Below, one piece after another: positions 1-13,966 of a stretch of 64,000 bases of DNA. Within the stretch, counting starts at the first letter, position 1, and each line of letters begins with the position of its first letter. The stretch lies in contig NC_043017.1 of the NCBI RefSeq assembly GCF_006345805.1, forward strand, positions 31,930,001 to 31,994,000, read 5' to 3'. The position numbers and the translations under genes are program-made. Under the pieces are notes generated by a model that was not told the DNA's origin, ran no database searches, and saw only the letters and a list, made by a program, of their open reading frames with translations. The stretch comes from Octopus sinensis. Its lineage: Eukaryota.

Positions 1-2797
1 ACATACATACATACATTGCATGCATACATACATACATACATACATGCATGCATACCATGCATGCATCATACATACAACATGCATAACAACATACAATACA
101 TACATACATACATACATGCATACATACATACATACATGCATACATACATACATACATACATGCATACATACCTGCATACATACATACATACATAATGCAT
201 AACAATACATACATACATACATTACATACATGCATACATACATGCAGGATACATACATACATACATACATACATACATAAATACATACATACATGCATAC
301 ATACATACATACATACATTCATAACATGCATACATAATTACATACATGCATAATACATACATTACATGCATACATACATACATGCATACATACATACATA
401 CATACACACATACATACATACATGCATACATACATAATACATACATACACACATACATACATGCACCATACATACATACATAACATACATACATGCATAC
501 ATGCATACATACATGCATACATACATACATACATCACATGCATATATACATACATGCATACATACATAACATACATACATACATGCATACATACATGCAT
601 ACATACATACATACATACATACATGCATACATACATACTACATACATACATGCATAATGCATACATACATACATAAGCATTTACATACATACTACATGCA
701 ACATGCATAATACATACATACATGCATACATACATACATACATACACACATACATACATACATGCATACATACACTTACATACATACATTACATAACAAC
801 ATGCATACATACATACATGCATACATACATACATGCACATACATGCATACATACAACATACATTTACACAATATACACAACATACAACATACATACATAC
901 ATACTACATGCATACATAACATACATGCATACATCATACATAATGCCATACATACATACATAATAATACATACACACATACATACAACACATACATTACA
1001 TACATACATACATACATACATACAACATACATACATACATGCATACATACATACATACATACATTCACCAACATACATAAATACACTACATACATACATA
1101 CATACATACATGCATACATGCATACATACATACATACATACATACATACAAATACATACATACATACATTCACACATACATACATACATACATACATACA
1201 TACATACATTCACACAATACATACATAATACATACACATACATACATGCATACATACATACATACATGCAACATACATACATCCCATTACATACATGCAT
1301 AATACATACATGCATACATACATACATACATACATGCATACATACATACATACATACATGCATACATACATAATACATGCAGCATACATACATTACATAC
1401 ATACATACATACATACATTCACACATACATACATACACCATACATACACACATACATACATAATACATACATACATGCATACATACATACATACATACAT
1501 ACATACATACATACATACATGCATACATACATACATACATACATACATACACACATACATACATAATACATACATACATTACATACATGCATACATACAT
1601 ACATACATGCAATGATACATACATACTACATACATACATACATTCAACATACATACTACATACATACATACATACATACATACATTCACACATACATACA
1701 TACATGCATACATACATACATACATACATGCTACATACATAACATACATTCACACATACATACATACATACATACATACATACATACATACATACATAAT
1801 ACATACATTCACACATACATACATAACATACATACAATTACATACATTCACACATACATACATACAATATACATACATACATACATACATACATTACATT
1901 CACACATACATACATACATACATACATACATGCATACATACATACATACATACATACATACATGCATACAACATACATACATACATACATACATACATTC
2001 ACACATACTATACATAACATACATACATACATACATTCACACATATCATACATACATACATGCATACATACATACATACATACATACATGCATACATACA
2101 TACATACAGCATACATACATACATACAACATACATACATACATACATACATACATACATACATAACCATACATACATGCATACATACATACATACATACA
2201 TACATACATACATTCACACATACATACATACATTCACACATACATACATACATACATACATGCATACATCACACATTAATACATACATACATACATACAG
2301 ACATACATACATACATACCTACCATGCATACATACATACATACATACATACATACATACATTCACATACATACATACATTCACCAACATACATACATACA
2401 TACATACATACATACATTCACACATACATACAACATACATACATACATACATACATACATACATCACACATAACATACATACATACATACACATAACATA
2501 CATGCATGCATACATACCATACATACATACATACATACATGCATACATACATACATACATACATGCATACATACATACGTACATACATACATACATACAT
2601 ACATACATACATTCACACAACATACATACATACATACATACACATACTACATACATACATTACATTCACACATACATATACATACATACAAATACATACA
2701 TACATACATACATCACACATACCATATCATACATACATACATACATACATACATACATACATACATACATTCACACATACATACATACATACATACA
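1..2797. repeat. Degenerate (ACAT)n tetranucleotide microsatellite, ~2.8 kb
   Basis: Continuous ACAT/GCAT units; source of all HTYI/MYVC ORFs in the track. Confidence 0.98.
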
Positions 2798-2859
2798 TCG
2801 GGTGGCAGCACTGACAGCATCAACTCATGCCTGAGTAGTTAACCTACAGTGAATGATTG

Positions 2860-3150
2860 AGCCCCTTCATCCTGATGGGTGCAAACAGCACTAGTTCCTA
2901 GGGTGGCTGTTCATGCCAAGGGGGTATAGAAGAGCCAGGGGCATGTATCGTGGGAGGGTTGGTGGGAGATGAGACAGTGCACCCACTCTTTACATTTTCT
3001 ATGTCTGATCTTTGCCTCTTCGCGTCCGTTACTTTCCATCTGATCTATTTCCTTGAGAGAGACATGCCACCACTCTGGGCAGTCCTTGATTAGTGTCTCC
3101 CTGGTATTTGGGTCAATGGAACAGCAGAGGAAAGTAGCCTCGAGCTGGCC
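2860..3150 (-). mobile_element. Degenerate 3' end of an RTE (BovB-like) LINE ORF
   Basis: Minus translation QLEATFLCCSIDPNTRETLIKDCPEWW...MESNGREEAKIRHRKCKE...TCP resembles the RTE C-terminus (IDPxxWExLAxDRxxWR...ExxR...KRxxRK...CP). Confidence 0.55.
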
Positions 3151-4141
3151 AACCACATTCATTCACAAAGCACTGGCCTGACTGCGGCTATAGTACAAGG
3201 TCAATCAATATTCATCATTCAAAATCCAGGAAAAGAAATATGAATAATAGTGGGGGAAGGGTATAGTCAATCATTGGCAGACATGGTCTTTTAAGGTTTT
3301 CCACTCATTTCCATCTTCAGTCGCTAAAAGCATTTCATTGAGTGGACATCACACAGTCTGCACAAATCCCACAGTGGTAACTCATTCTTGGTCATCTCCA
3401 CTTGTGCTCTCCACCTTGTAGAGTGTTAAGCAGCAGGCACTGTTGAAAGCATTTATTGGGTGGGTGTTGCAGTTGGTGACCAATCCGTTTCTTTAAGTGT
3501 TCCTTTATCCTTGAACTCATTTGCTTTTTATCAGCCATTTGGTACAATGTGCCATTGGAAACTTAGTCGTTATAAACTCTTTACTCTTTTACTTGTTTCA
3601 GTCATTGACTGTGGCCATGCTGGAGGCACCGCCTTTTAGTCCAGCAATCGACCGGGACTTATTCTTTGTAAGCCCAGTACTTAATCTATCGGTCTCTTTT
3701 GCCGAACACTAAGTGACGGGGACGTAAACACACCAGCATCGGTTTGTCAAGCAATGCTAGGGGGACAAACACAGAACACAAATATATACACACAACATAC
3801 ATATATACGAACGGCTTCTTTCAATTTCCATCTACCAAATTCACTCACAAGGCATTGGTCGGCCCGGGGGCTATATAGCAGAAGACACTTGCCCAGATGC
3901 CACGCAGTGGGACTGAAACCCGGAACCATGTGGTTGGTTAGCAACGCTACTTACCACCAGCCACCTTTTTTTATTTTTATCTAGTTTCAGCCACGAGCTG
4001 TGGCCATGCTGGGGCACCGCAATTGCCATGGTGTGTGGCTACATGATTTTACTCATGAATGCCTTTTAGCAATTGCTATTTGTGTGCTGATGAGAGAGTT
4101 CGATGCAGCTGCCCTCATCTGCATCTCCTGCAGTGAAGTGG

Positions 4142-4241
4142 NNNNNNNNNNNNNNNNNNNNNNNNNNNNNNNNNNNNNNNNNNNNNNNNNNNNNNNNNNN
4201 NNNNNNNNNNNNNNNNNNNNNNNNNNNNNNNNNNNNNNNNN
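4142..4241. other. Scaffold gap (100 N)
   Basis: Run of exactly 100 n. Confidence 1.
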
Positions 4242-4665
4242 ACCACATTCATTCACAAAGCACTGGCCTGACTGCGGCTATAGTACAAGGTCAATCAATA
4301 TTCATCATTCAAAATCCAGGAAAAGAAATATGAATAAAGTGGGGGAAGGGAGTTATAGTCATCATGGCAGACATGGTCTTTTAAGGTTTTCCACTCATTT
4401 CCATCTTCAGGCGCTAAAAGCATTTCATTGAGTGGACATCACACAGTCTGCACAAATCCCACAGTGTAACTCATTCTTGGTCATCTCCACTTGTGCTCTC
4501 CACCTTGTAGAGTGTTAAGCAGCAGGCACTGTTGAAAGCATTTATTGGGTGGGTGTTGCAGTTGGTGACCAATCCGTTTCTTTAAGTGTTCCTTTATCCT
4601 TGAACTCATTTGCTTTTTATCAGCCATTTGGTACAATGTGCCATTGGAAACTTAGTCGTTATAAA

Positions 4666-5048
4666 CTCTTTACTCTTTTACTTGTTTCAGTCATTTGACT
4701 GTGGCCATGCTGGAGCACCGCCTTTTAGTCAAGCAAATCGACCCCGGGACTTATTCTTTGTAAGCCCAGTACTTAATCTATCGGTCTCTTTTGCCGAACC
4801 ACTAAGTGACGGGGACGAAACACACCAGCATCGGTTGTCAGCAATGCAGGGGGACAAACACAGACACACAATATATACACACAATACATATATACGAACA
4901 GGCTTCTTTCAATTTCCATCTACCAAATTCACTCACAAGGCATTGGTCGGCCCGGGGCTATAGCAGAAGACACTTGCCCAAGATGCCACGCAGTGGGACT
5001 GAACCCGGAACCATGTGGTTGGTTAGCAAGCTACTTACACACAGCCAC
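4666..5048 (-). mobile_element. tRNA-derived SINE family A (CORE-like, LINE-type tail); duplicate copy at ~3577-3965
   Basis: Matches the family A consensus seen at 31210-31618 (gtggctgtgtggtaagtagc...ttgggcaagtgtcttc...ggcggtgctccagcatggcc...gaaacaagtaaaagag). Confidence 0.85.
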
Positions 5049-6172
5049 TTTTTTTTTATTTTATCTAGTTTCAGCTCACGAGCTGTGGCCATGCTGGGGC
5101 ACCGCCATTTGGTGTGGCTACATGATTTTACTTCATGAATGCTTTTTAGCAATTGCTATTTGGTGCATGAGAGAGTTCGATGCAGCTGCCCTCATCTGCA
5201 TCTCCTGCAGTGAAGTTGGTTCATCTGGGACACCTGACTTAAAAAGAGATCCAGTTTTATTTTAAAGACATCTGCATCCACCCCATGCAGGTCTCTCAGG
5301 TTCTTCAGGAGGATATTGAAGAGCTGTGGGCCTCTGAAGCCCAGGCTATCACAGTATCTTGTCCTACATCTTGATGGCAAATTTGGAGCCCTTGGCACTA
5401 TATCTGATATATTTTCATCTGGGACACCTGACAGGAAGAGATCCAGTTTTATTTTTAAAATATCTGCATCCACCCCATGCAGGTCTCTCAGGTTCTTCGG
5501 GAGGATATTGAAGAGCTGTGGGCCTCTGAAGCCCAGGCTATCACAGTATCTTGTCCTACATCTTGATGGCAAATTTGGAGCCCTTGGCACTATATCTGAT
5601 ATATTTTCATCTGGGACACCTGACAGGAAGAGATCCAGTTTTATTTTTAAAGAATCTGCATCCACCCCATGCAGGTCTCTCAGGTTCTTCGGGAGGATAT
5701 TGAAGAGCTGTGAGCCTCTGAAGCCCAGGCTATCACAGTATCTTGTCCTACATCTTGATGGCAAATTTGGAGTCCTTGGCACTATATCTGATATATTTTC
5801 ATCTGGGACACCTGACAGGAAGAGATCCAGTTTAATTTTAAAGACATCTGCATCCACCCCATGCAGGTCTCTTAGGTTCTTCAGGAGGATATTGAAGAGC
5901 TGTGGGCCTCTGAAGCCCAGGCTATCACAGTATCTTGTCCTACATCTTGATGGCAAATTTGGAGCCCTTGGCACTATATCTGATATATTTTCATCTGGGA
6001 CACCTGACAGGAAGAGATCCAGTTTTATTTTAAAGACATCTGCATCCACCCCATGCAGGTCTCTCAGGTTCTTCGGGAGGATATTGAAGAGCTGTGGGCC
6101 TCTGAAGCCCAGGCTATCACAGTATCTTGTCCTACATCTTGATGGCAAATTTGGAGTCCTTGGCACTATATC
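5049..6172 (-). mobile_element. 5'-truncated non-LTR retrotransposon (CR1/L2-superclade-like) 3' end with internally amplified C-terminus
   Basis: GPQLFNILPKNLRDLHGVDADVFKIKLDLFLSGVPD(EP)...RAAASNSL motif typical of LINE ORF2 ends, then short 3' UTR and A-rich tail at ~5049-5062. Confidence 0.75.
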
Positions 6173-6186
6173 TGATATATTTTCCT
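5221..6186. repeat. Tandem array of five 192-bp units (64 codons each)
   Basis: tcatctgggacacctgac recurs at 5221, 5415, 5607, 5799, 5991. Confidence 0.95.
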
Positions 6187-6620
6187 CAGGTTTCTTGTGT
6201 GAAAAGTATTCACCACGACCCTTCACCTATTTGTATTCAAAGGGTAATGGTGAACACACAGTACAATGTATAAGTACCCAGATATTAATATTACAGCTAG
6301 GGTGCATCTCCTTGGTTAGCCGACTTACTAGAAGATACAAGTTAAATGTCCCCTAAACAATAAACTACTGTTTAAGAGAGACAACCACCATGATGAAGGC
6401 ATTGGATAGATGTTGCCGGTGGCGACACACCATTCTTAAATATAAAAGAGGAGAGAGATGGCCAGAAGGCTTTGTTCATAGGTCTGCTCAGTCAGGAGTG
6501 ACTTTGGGCTAAGAAATAACTATAATAACAACAACAACAACAACGAGGAATATTAAAATAACAAAAGTGGAAATACAGATTAAACAGTTTTATATGGAAA
6601 ATTTCATTAAACTAACTTAC

Positions 6621-6645
6621 GTTATTGTCTACTGAGTTCAATAAA
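6621..6645 (-). CDS. Candidate 25-nt micro-exon (xLLNSVDNN) of an unidentified host gene
   Basis: Minus strand ctgtttccttag|TTTATTGAACTCAGTAGACAATAAC|gtaagtta; one open frame; phase-compatible with 19158-19253. Confidence 0.2.
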
Positions 6646-6829
6646 CTAAGGAAACAGTGTTGTGCAGAATAAAGGTCGGGGGTGGGGGTGGGGGGGAATT
6701 GAAAAACGAACACAGTAAGAAAAAAGCATGTAATGAAAAGAAAATGAAAATATATATATATATATATATATAGTAATTTTATTATTTAGAAATAGAGAAA
6801 TGAGAAAGGTAGAGGCAGACACACACCAA

Positions 6830-7797
6830 TATATACATACAAACATACATGCATACATATATATATATAATACACATATATATATATATATATGTATATA
6901 TGTTATATAATATATATTATATATATGATTATATATATATTATACATATATATAATACATATATATATATATTATACATATATATTATATATATATTATA
7001 TCTATGATATATATATATATATATATATGTGTATATATCATATATATATATATATCATATATTATATATATATATATCCTATATTAATATTATATATATA
7101 TCATAATTATATATACATGTGTAGGGAGACAGACAGACAGACAGCCAGACAGACAGACAGACAGAGTGCGAGAGATAGGAAAAGGTAGAGTTAGGGAAGA
7201 AAGGGTGCTAGGAATGAAATATATTTATATATTCATTTATTTACTTATTAAAACTTTCTTTGGGTTTTTGTTTTTTTATCTTTATTGTTGGTGTTGATAA
7301 TATATTTTTGTTATTGAAAAAGATGAATTAGATTAAATCTATAAACACAGTGAACTTTGACACCGAGTTTTCACAACAGTAAACTGTAAATATATCATTG
7401 TTCCATCTAGATTGAAACCTGAAGGCCTAGAAGACTTTTCGTGAAAAGTGTGTGTGTGTGTGTATAATGTAGAATATGTGTGTGTGTGTGTGTACACATT
7501 TATATTACACATGTATGTATATGTGTGTATGCTTATTTATATATACTCACATACATACACATATATATATATATGCACACATATATATATATATGTATAG
7601 TGTGTGAGGGTATATATGTGTGTATGTATATATATGTGTGTACATATATATATATATATATACATATATATGCTTAAATGTAAATATAGATAGATGTACA
7701 TGTAAGTGTCTATATATAATATACTATATATATATATATATCTATACATTTGCATACATGCATACACATATATACATCTGTATGCCAACACAAACAA

Positions 7798-7856
<59 letters not shown>

Positions 7857-8150
7857 TATATGCATATATACATACATACACACACACAAACACACACATA
7901 GATTCAGATGAATATGGTACTTAAGTTGAGGCACCAGAATTTAGTATGGTATTATCCATGCAATTTTAAAGTAAGGTGGTTGCTTATTTTGATATGTATA
8001 TATGTATGCATGTATGCATGTATGCATGTTTCATGTGTATATATATCATATATGTATGTATGCTTGTATGTATGTATATATATATATATATATTATATAT
8101 ATATATATATATATGTGTGTAGGTATATATGTGTGAATGTCTGTATGTGT
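6830..8150. repeat. Cluster of (AT)n/(AC)n/(GACA)n microsatellites
   Basis: Direct reading. Confidence 0.9.
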
Positions 8151-8569
8151 ATGAACGGAATAAACAATGCAATAAAAGGTCTAGAACTCTGGGAATTTAG
8201 AGAACTGGGATAACAAGACCATCCTTCCTTGCCCTTAACCCCAGAAAAAAAATAATAATTGTAATAATACTTAATACTTTTGATTAAAAAAAATTGTATA
8301 TGAACGATGATGGTGGTGGTAGTGGTGGAGGTGGTAGTGGTGGAGGTGGAGGTGGTGGTGATGGTGGCAATGATGCTGATCATATCATCATCAGCATCAT
8401 AATCTTCATGGTTGTTTCTCTGTTTATACAGAAGTTCCAGCAGAGTTTGGATAATGGTAAATAACACTGGGCATTATTGGTATTTAGTGTGTGTGTGTGT
8501 GTGTGTCTTTATTTTGGAGATGACATAAAAAAAAAGCACTAGTTAGGAAGAATAAGAGGAAGAAGATAA

Positions 8570-8676
8570 TGAACTTGAAGAAAATGAAGTTGAAGAAGAA
8601 AATAAAGTTGAAGAAGAAGAAGAAGAAGAAGAAGAAGAAGAAGAAGAAGAAGAAGAAGAAGAAGAAGAAGAAGAAG

Positions 8677-8707
<31 letters not shown>

Positions 8708-8720
8708 GCAGCAGCAGCAG
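8570..8720. repeat. (GAA)n(CAA)n(CAG)n compound trinucleotide microsatellite
   Basis: Direct reading. Confidence 0.95.
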
Positions 8721-9404
8721 AATTAATTCAGAGGATGGGAAGAATTTTGGCAAAGGAAGTAAAATAAAAAATGAACTTCAAGTACTGAAAAAATAAGAAA
8801 AGTAAAAAAAAAAAAACCCAATAAATCTCTAAAATGATGAAGAACTGAAGAGACTAAGATTATTGCAAAAAAAAACCCAAACCAAAAAACAAAAAAAAAA
8901 CATGGTGTAATATAATAATAGAAAAACCCCCCACAAATAACAACCAAACGGAGCATGGAGGGGGAGGGGTTGCGAGGAAAAGGAACTGGAAACAAATTTA
9001 GTATGTCTAGATGATATTTCAGAATGTAGATGAAAATAAAATCTTTAACAAACCCAAAGAATTTGTAAAATCTCTTCCTACTATTGGGTTTTGTCCTTCA
9101 TTTACTTTTTTGTTTACCATTTTGCCAAGAAATGTGGCACATTGCTTGTACTCAAGGAAACCGAACCATCTCAACAGAATTGAGACCCTAAAGCCAAGGT
9201 GTTATGTAAAAAGTACTGGGGGTGGTGTTATGTAAAAAGTATCCTGTACACCCTGAATAGTGGTTGACGTTAGGAAGGAAGGGCATCCAGCTGTAGAAAC
9301 CAAACCGAAACAGACTATGGAACCCCCTTGTGGGGCTTCTTAGCCATGCCAGTTCATGTCAAGCCATGCAAACCCATGCCAGTGTGGAAAATGAACGTTA
9401 AAAT

Positions 9405-9812
9405 GTTGTTGTTGTTGTTGTTGTTGATGATGATGATGATGAGGATGAGATGATGAGGATGATGAGGAGGAGGAGGAGGAAGAGGAAGGGGAAGGGGAAG
9501 GGGATGAGGATGAGGATGATGATGGGGATGATGATGATGATGATGAGGATGATGATGATGATGAGGAGGAGGAGGGGAGGAGGAGGAGGAAGGGGAAGAG
9601 GAAGCGGATGAGGATGAGGATGATGATGGGGATGATGATGATGATGATGATGATGATGAGGAGGAGGAGGATGGGGATGATGATGATGATGATGATGAGG
9701 ATAAGGATGATGATGATGAGGATGATGATGAGGATGATGATGAGGATGAGGATGAGGATGAGGATGATGATGAGGATGATGATGAGGATGATGATGATGA
9801 GGATGATGATGA
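9405..9812. repeat. (GAT/GAG)n microsatellite, expanded tail of an upstream RTE-tailed SINE
   Basis: Follows ...ccatgccagtgtggaaaatgaacgttaaaatg. Confidence 0.9.
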
Positions 9813-9976
9813 TATATATATTTGTGTGTGTGTGGAAACCATGCCAAATCAGATGGGAGTCTTGTACAGTCCTCCACCCTACCAGCTGGCCAGCTCAGGC
9901 TCAGGTCACACCGTCCAATCCACATCAGCATGGACCACAGATATTAAATGACAATGATGATGATGATGATGATGAT

Positions 9977-10201
9977 GCAGAAACGTTAACACTGCGGGCG
10001 TAATGCGTAGCCGTATTTCGTCTGCCGTTACGTTCTGAGTTCAAATTCCACCAAGGTCGACTTTGCCTTTCATCCTTTCGGGGTCGATAAATTAAGTACC
10101 AGTTACGCACTGGGGCCGATGTAATCGACTTAATCCCTTTGTCTGTCCTTGTTTTTCCCCTCTGTGTTTAACCCCTTGTGGGTAGTAAAGAAATAGGTAT
10201 T
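9977..10201 (+). mobile_element. SINE family B (Meta-domain-like core)
   Basis: B-box-like gagttcaaattcc, core gcctttcatcctttcggggtcgataaattaagtaccag, tail gtagtaaagaaataggtat. Confidence 0.8.
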
Positions 10202-10624
10202 GATAACTAAGTAAACCAATTCTTGCATTGTAGAGTCAATGGAATCAACTACATGGAAATGTTGATAGAAGATGAGGTTAATTTTGTTAAGCCTTTCTCT
10301 CTTTTCATTTGATTTCCTCCTTTTCTCTTCTGGTGGTTTCAAAGTATTTGGTTCCCATGTCAATTAAGCTTCTAACAGTGGAATGATAAAGAATTAATAA
10401 AGACAAAAGTGGTAAATTTACTTTGTACAATGCAAGTTAATGGCTTTCCTCCGCTTGATGAGATGCGACTAAATTTCCTACATCGGGTTCGTGTCAGTCA
10501 AAAGAAGTTATAAATCTCCTCTTTGACTTATTACAAATTTATTTAATTGCTTAGTCAGAAATTGAAGCCACAATGAATCCTACATGTAATATAATTACTA
10601 CGATAAATAAAATTCAGTATAATA

Positions 10625-10787
10625 GACGCAGGAATGGCTGTGCGGTAAGTAGCTTGCTTACCAACCACATGGTTCTGGGTTCAGTCCCACTGCATGGCAC
10701 CTTGTGCAAGAGTCTTCTACTATAGCCTCGGGCCGACCAAAGTCTTGTGAGTGGATTTGGTAGACGGAAGCTGAAAGAAGCCCGTCG

Positions 10788-10823
<36 letters not shown>

Positions 10824-11050
10824 CGTGTGTGTATATGTTTCTGTGTGTGTGTTTGTCACCCCAACATTGCTTGACAACCGATGCTGGTGTGTTTATGTCC
10901 CCATCACTTAGCAGTTCAGCAAGAAAGACCAATAGAATAAGTACTAGGCTTACAAAGAATAAGTCCTGGGGTCGATTTGCTCGACAAAAGGCGGTGCTCC
11001 AGCATGGCCTCGGTCAAATGACTGAAACAAATAAAAGAAAAAAAAGAAAA
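10625..11050 (+). mobile_element. SINE family A, full length
   Basis: Head gacgcaggaatggctgtgcggtaag, B-box ggttcagtccc, internal (AT)n(GT)n, tail ggcggtgctccagcatggcc...gaaacaaataaaag. Confidence 0.9.
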
Positions 11051-11206
11051 GAAAAAATGGTAATGTTGCCTCACTGTTCCCTAAAGACCAATGGCTCCTC
11101 CATTTCCCAGCACATCCCTGTGGGGTGGTACCACGTACATTGAAAACCTCTGCTCTAGAACAAAATAAAGATATAAGCTGTTGATAATATTAAACTGCTA
11201 CTATAT

Positions 11207-11491
11207 AACATTTTTGGATTTGGTTTGCAAGATTCTTTATATGAATTCGTGTGTTGAAGCATATTCTGTCGTGTCTGGGGAGAGTCATTCTCTTTTAGTG
11301 CCTTATAATGTAACACACTCACCGGTAAAATTTCCACTTTTTCCTTATTTCTATTTTCCTAAAAGCTTGCAAGACGCAACGAAAATTTTAGGGAAATAAA
11401 AATAAGAAAAAAGTGGAAATTTTACCAGTGAGTGTGTTACATAATAAGGCACAAAAAGGAAATGACTCTCCCCAGACACAACAGAATATGC
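11207..11491. mobile_element. Palindromic MITE-like element with ~105-bp inverted arms (11259-11364 / 11386-11491)
   Basis: gcatattctgtcgtgtctggggagagtcatt... mirrored by ...aatgactctccccagacacaacagaatatgc; second copy at 62975-63672. Confidence 0.85.
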
Positions 11492-11714
11492 TACTATATG
11501 ACTTTGTTGTTAAAGAATTAGCAGATGACAATTAATTACACTAAAGCACAGGTGTTAAGTGATTGGCAATTGAAAAAAAATAGTTCGTTAAAAGAGAATT
11601 ACAGTTTTTGTCTTATCCTGTTTAGAAACCCTGCTGCCATGGTGATTTACCAATAAGCCTATCAGTGGTACTACCAAAGCTACACCATTTATTATAAGTC
11701 CTCATTGGTAAGGC

Positions 11715-12160
11715 AGCAAGCTGGAAGAATCATTAGCACTACATGTAAAATGCATCGTGGTATTTTATCTGTCTTTATGTTCTGAGTTCAAATTCTGCTG
11801 AGGTCAGCTTTGCTTTTCATCCTTTTGGGATCATTAAAATCAGTACCAGTTGAGTACTGGGGTCGATGTAATTGATTTACCCCACTCCAGAGATTGCTGG
11901 CCTTGTTCCAAAATTTGAAACCATTATTATAGCCGTTCCCTAAAGTGGCAATCCAGCAGAACCGTTAGCATGCGGGGCAAAATGCTTAGTGGTGGCATTT
12001 CGTCTGTCTTTATATTCTAAGTTCAAATTCCATCAACATTTACTTTGCCTTTTACCCTTTCAGGGGCGATAAAATAATTACCAGTTCAGCACTAGGATCT
12101 GCCAAATTGATTCACCCACTCCCCAGACATTGCTGGCCTTGTGCCAAAATTTGAAACCCC
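11715..12160 (+). mobile_element. Two older family-B-related SINE copies
   Basis: gagttcaaattc...cttttcatccttttgggatc...agtaccag...ccaaaatttgaaacc occurs twice. Confidence 0.7.
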
Positions 12161-12234
12161 TGTATCAAATGTGTTTTTGTAAGTGTGCATGTTATTATCT
12201 GTGAATATCGAAATAAATATCAAATAGAAATAGT

Positions 12235-12570
12235 AGTTGTGATACCTGTGCCGGTGGCATGTACAAAGCACCATCCGAACATGGCTGATGCCAGCGCCGC
12301 CTTGACTTGTTTCTGTGCCGGTGGCACGTAAAAATCACCAACCGATTGTGGCCGTTGCCAGCCTCCCCTGGCACCTGTACGGGGGGCACGTAAAAAGCAC
12401 CCACTACACTCACGGAGTGGTTGATGTTAGGAAGGGCATCCAGCTGTAGAAACACTGCCAGATCACACTGAAGCCTAGTGCAGCTTCCTTTCTTATCAGA
12501 CCCCGGTCGAACCGTCCAACCTGTGCTAGCACGGAAAACGGACATTAAACGATGATGATGATGATGATGA
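12235..12570 (+). mobile_element. RTE-tailed SINE or RTE-derived element (family C); other copies ~9210-9400, 16500-16690, 37385-37520(-), 50060-50220, 52585-52856
   Basis: gtaaaaagcacccactacactc...ttaggaagggcatccagctgtagaaac...ggaaaacggacattaaacgatgatgatg. Confidence 0.8.
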
Positions 12571-12763
12571 ATGTTCTCTTTCTCCTACCTCTGACCACTA
12601 CTCTGTCCTCTCTGGTAAACGCACTGGTCTGTCTCTTTCTCTCTCTCTCTATTTGCCCCTTCCTTTTACTAACCATTTAACCACAAAACGTAATTGTGTC
12701 CCTCTTCTCTTACCTTTCACTGCTACCATGATCCTTCCTCCTACACTGCTTCTGCTAAACACT

Positions 12764-13130
12764 CCTCTCTCTCTCTCCCTCCCTCTCTCTCCCTCTCTCC
12801 CTCTCTCTCCCTCTCTCTCCCCCTCTCTCCCTCTCTCTCCCTCTCTCTCCCTCTCTCTCCCTCTCTCTCCCTCTCTCCTCCCTCTCTCCCTCTCTCACGC
12901 CACCCCCTCTCTCTCTCTCTTACTATCATTAACTACACAATAGTTTTTCTTTCCTTCAACCCTTTATCCTCTCACTGTTACCACACAACCTCTGCTAAAC
13001 GCTATTCTTTCCCCTCTCTCTCTCTCCATCTCTCTGTCCCCTCTCTCCCCCTCCCCTCACTATCCTCTCTTCTTTCTTCATTCCTCTCTCTTCCCCTCTC
13101 TCCCTTTCTCTCCCTACTCTCACTCTCCTT
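12764..13130. repeat. (CT)n/(CCCT)n polypyrimidine tract
   Basis: Direct reading. Confidence 0.9.
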
Positions 13131-13479
13131 CAAACTATCCATTTAACCACGTAACATACATAGGTACATCAGCCAATAATATTGTATATTCTGCTGGGAT
13201 TTAAACTTTTCTTAGCCAACATTTTTCTTCTTTGGCAATTCGTTCTTCTATTAGTTTTGTACAACACCAAACTTTTATCATTCTGTCATGTTCAGACATT
13301 GTCTGAGCTCAATGTTTCTGCTGTCTGTTTTTCTTTTCTTTTTTTTAATCATTTGAAGCTTGGCTCACTTTCAATACATCCATCTACACACTTTATAGTT
13401 ATTGTTATTAGACCCACGTCACTCTTCATTGAGCAGTACTATGCTCAAGGAAGATCCAACCATGACCATCATGTCATAT

Positions 13480-13710
13480 ACCTATTTCTTTATTACCCAC
13501 AAGGGGCTAAACACAGAGGGGACAAACAAGGACAGACATAAGTATTAAGTCGATTACATCGATCCCAGTGCGTAACTGGATCTTAATTTATCGACCCTGA
13601 ACGGATGAAAGGCAAAGTCGACCTCGGCGGAATTTGAAGCTCACGACAGACGAAATACGGCTACGCATTTCGCCTGGCATGCTAACGTATCTGCCAGCTC
13701 ACTGCCTTCA
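13480..13710 (-). mobile_element. SINE family B flanked by apparent TSD catgtcatatacct
   Basis: Reverse complement of family B; catgtcatatacct at ~13469 and ~13709. Confidence 0.8.
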
Positions 13711-13966
13711 TGTCATATACCTGTTGCTTTCTACCTTGTACAGGTTTCACTCATTGGACTGTGGCCATGCTGGGGCATCTCCTTGAAGGGTTTGATCAAA
13801 CAAATCAATCCCAGTAATTTTTTTCATTTAAATCTGGTACTTATTCTATTGGTCTCTTTTGCCAAACAATTAAGCTACTGGGATGTAGACAAACAAACAC
13901 CGGTTGCCAAGTAGTGATAACAAACACAAAGACACCTACACATATAAATATATTTCCTTCTCCTAT

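Larger units (their letters stand above)
3151..5217. other. ~1 kb direct duplication (3151-4141 / 4242-5217) either side of an assembly gap; probable unmerged contig overlap
   Basis: Both copies start accacattcattcacaaagc and end ctgcagtgaagt; differences are mostly single-base indels. Confidence 0.85.

Noticed and set aside
20-2834. Many long ORFs (HTYI/MYVC repeats, up to 353 aa)
   Set aside because: Translations of the (ACAT)n microsatellite; no coding complexity
5316-6356. 346-aa plus-strand ORF as a gene
   Set aside because: Antisense shadow of the LINE-derived 192-bp array
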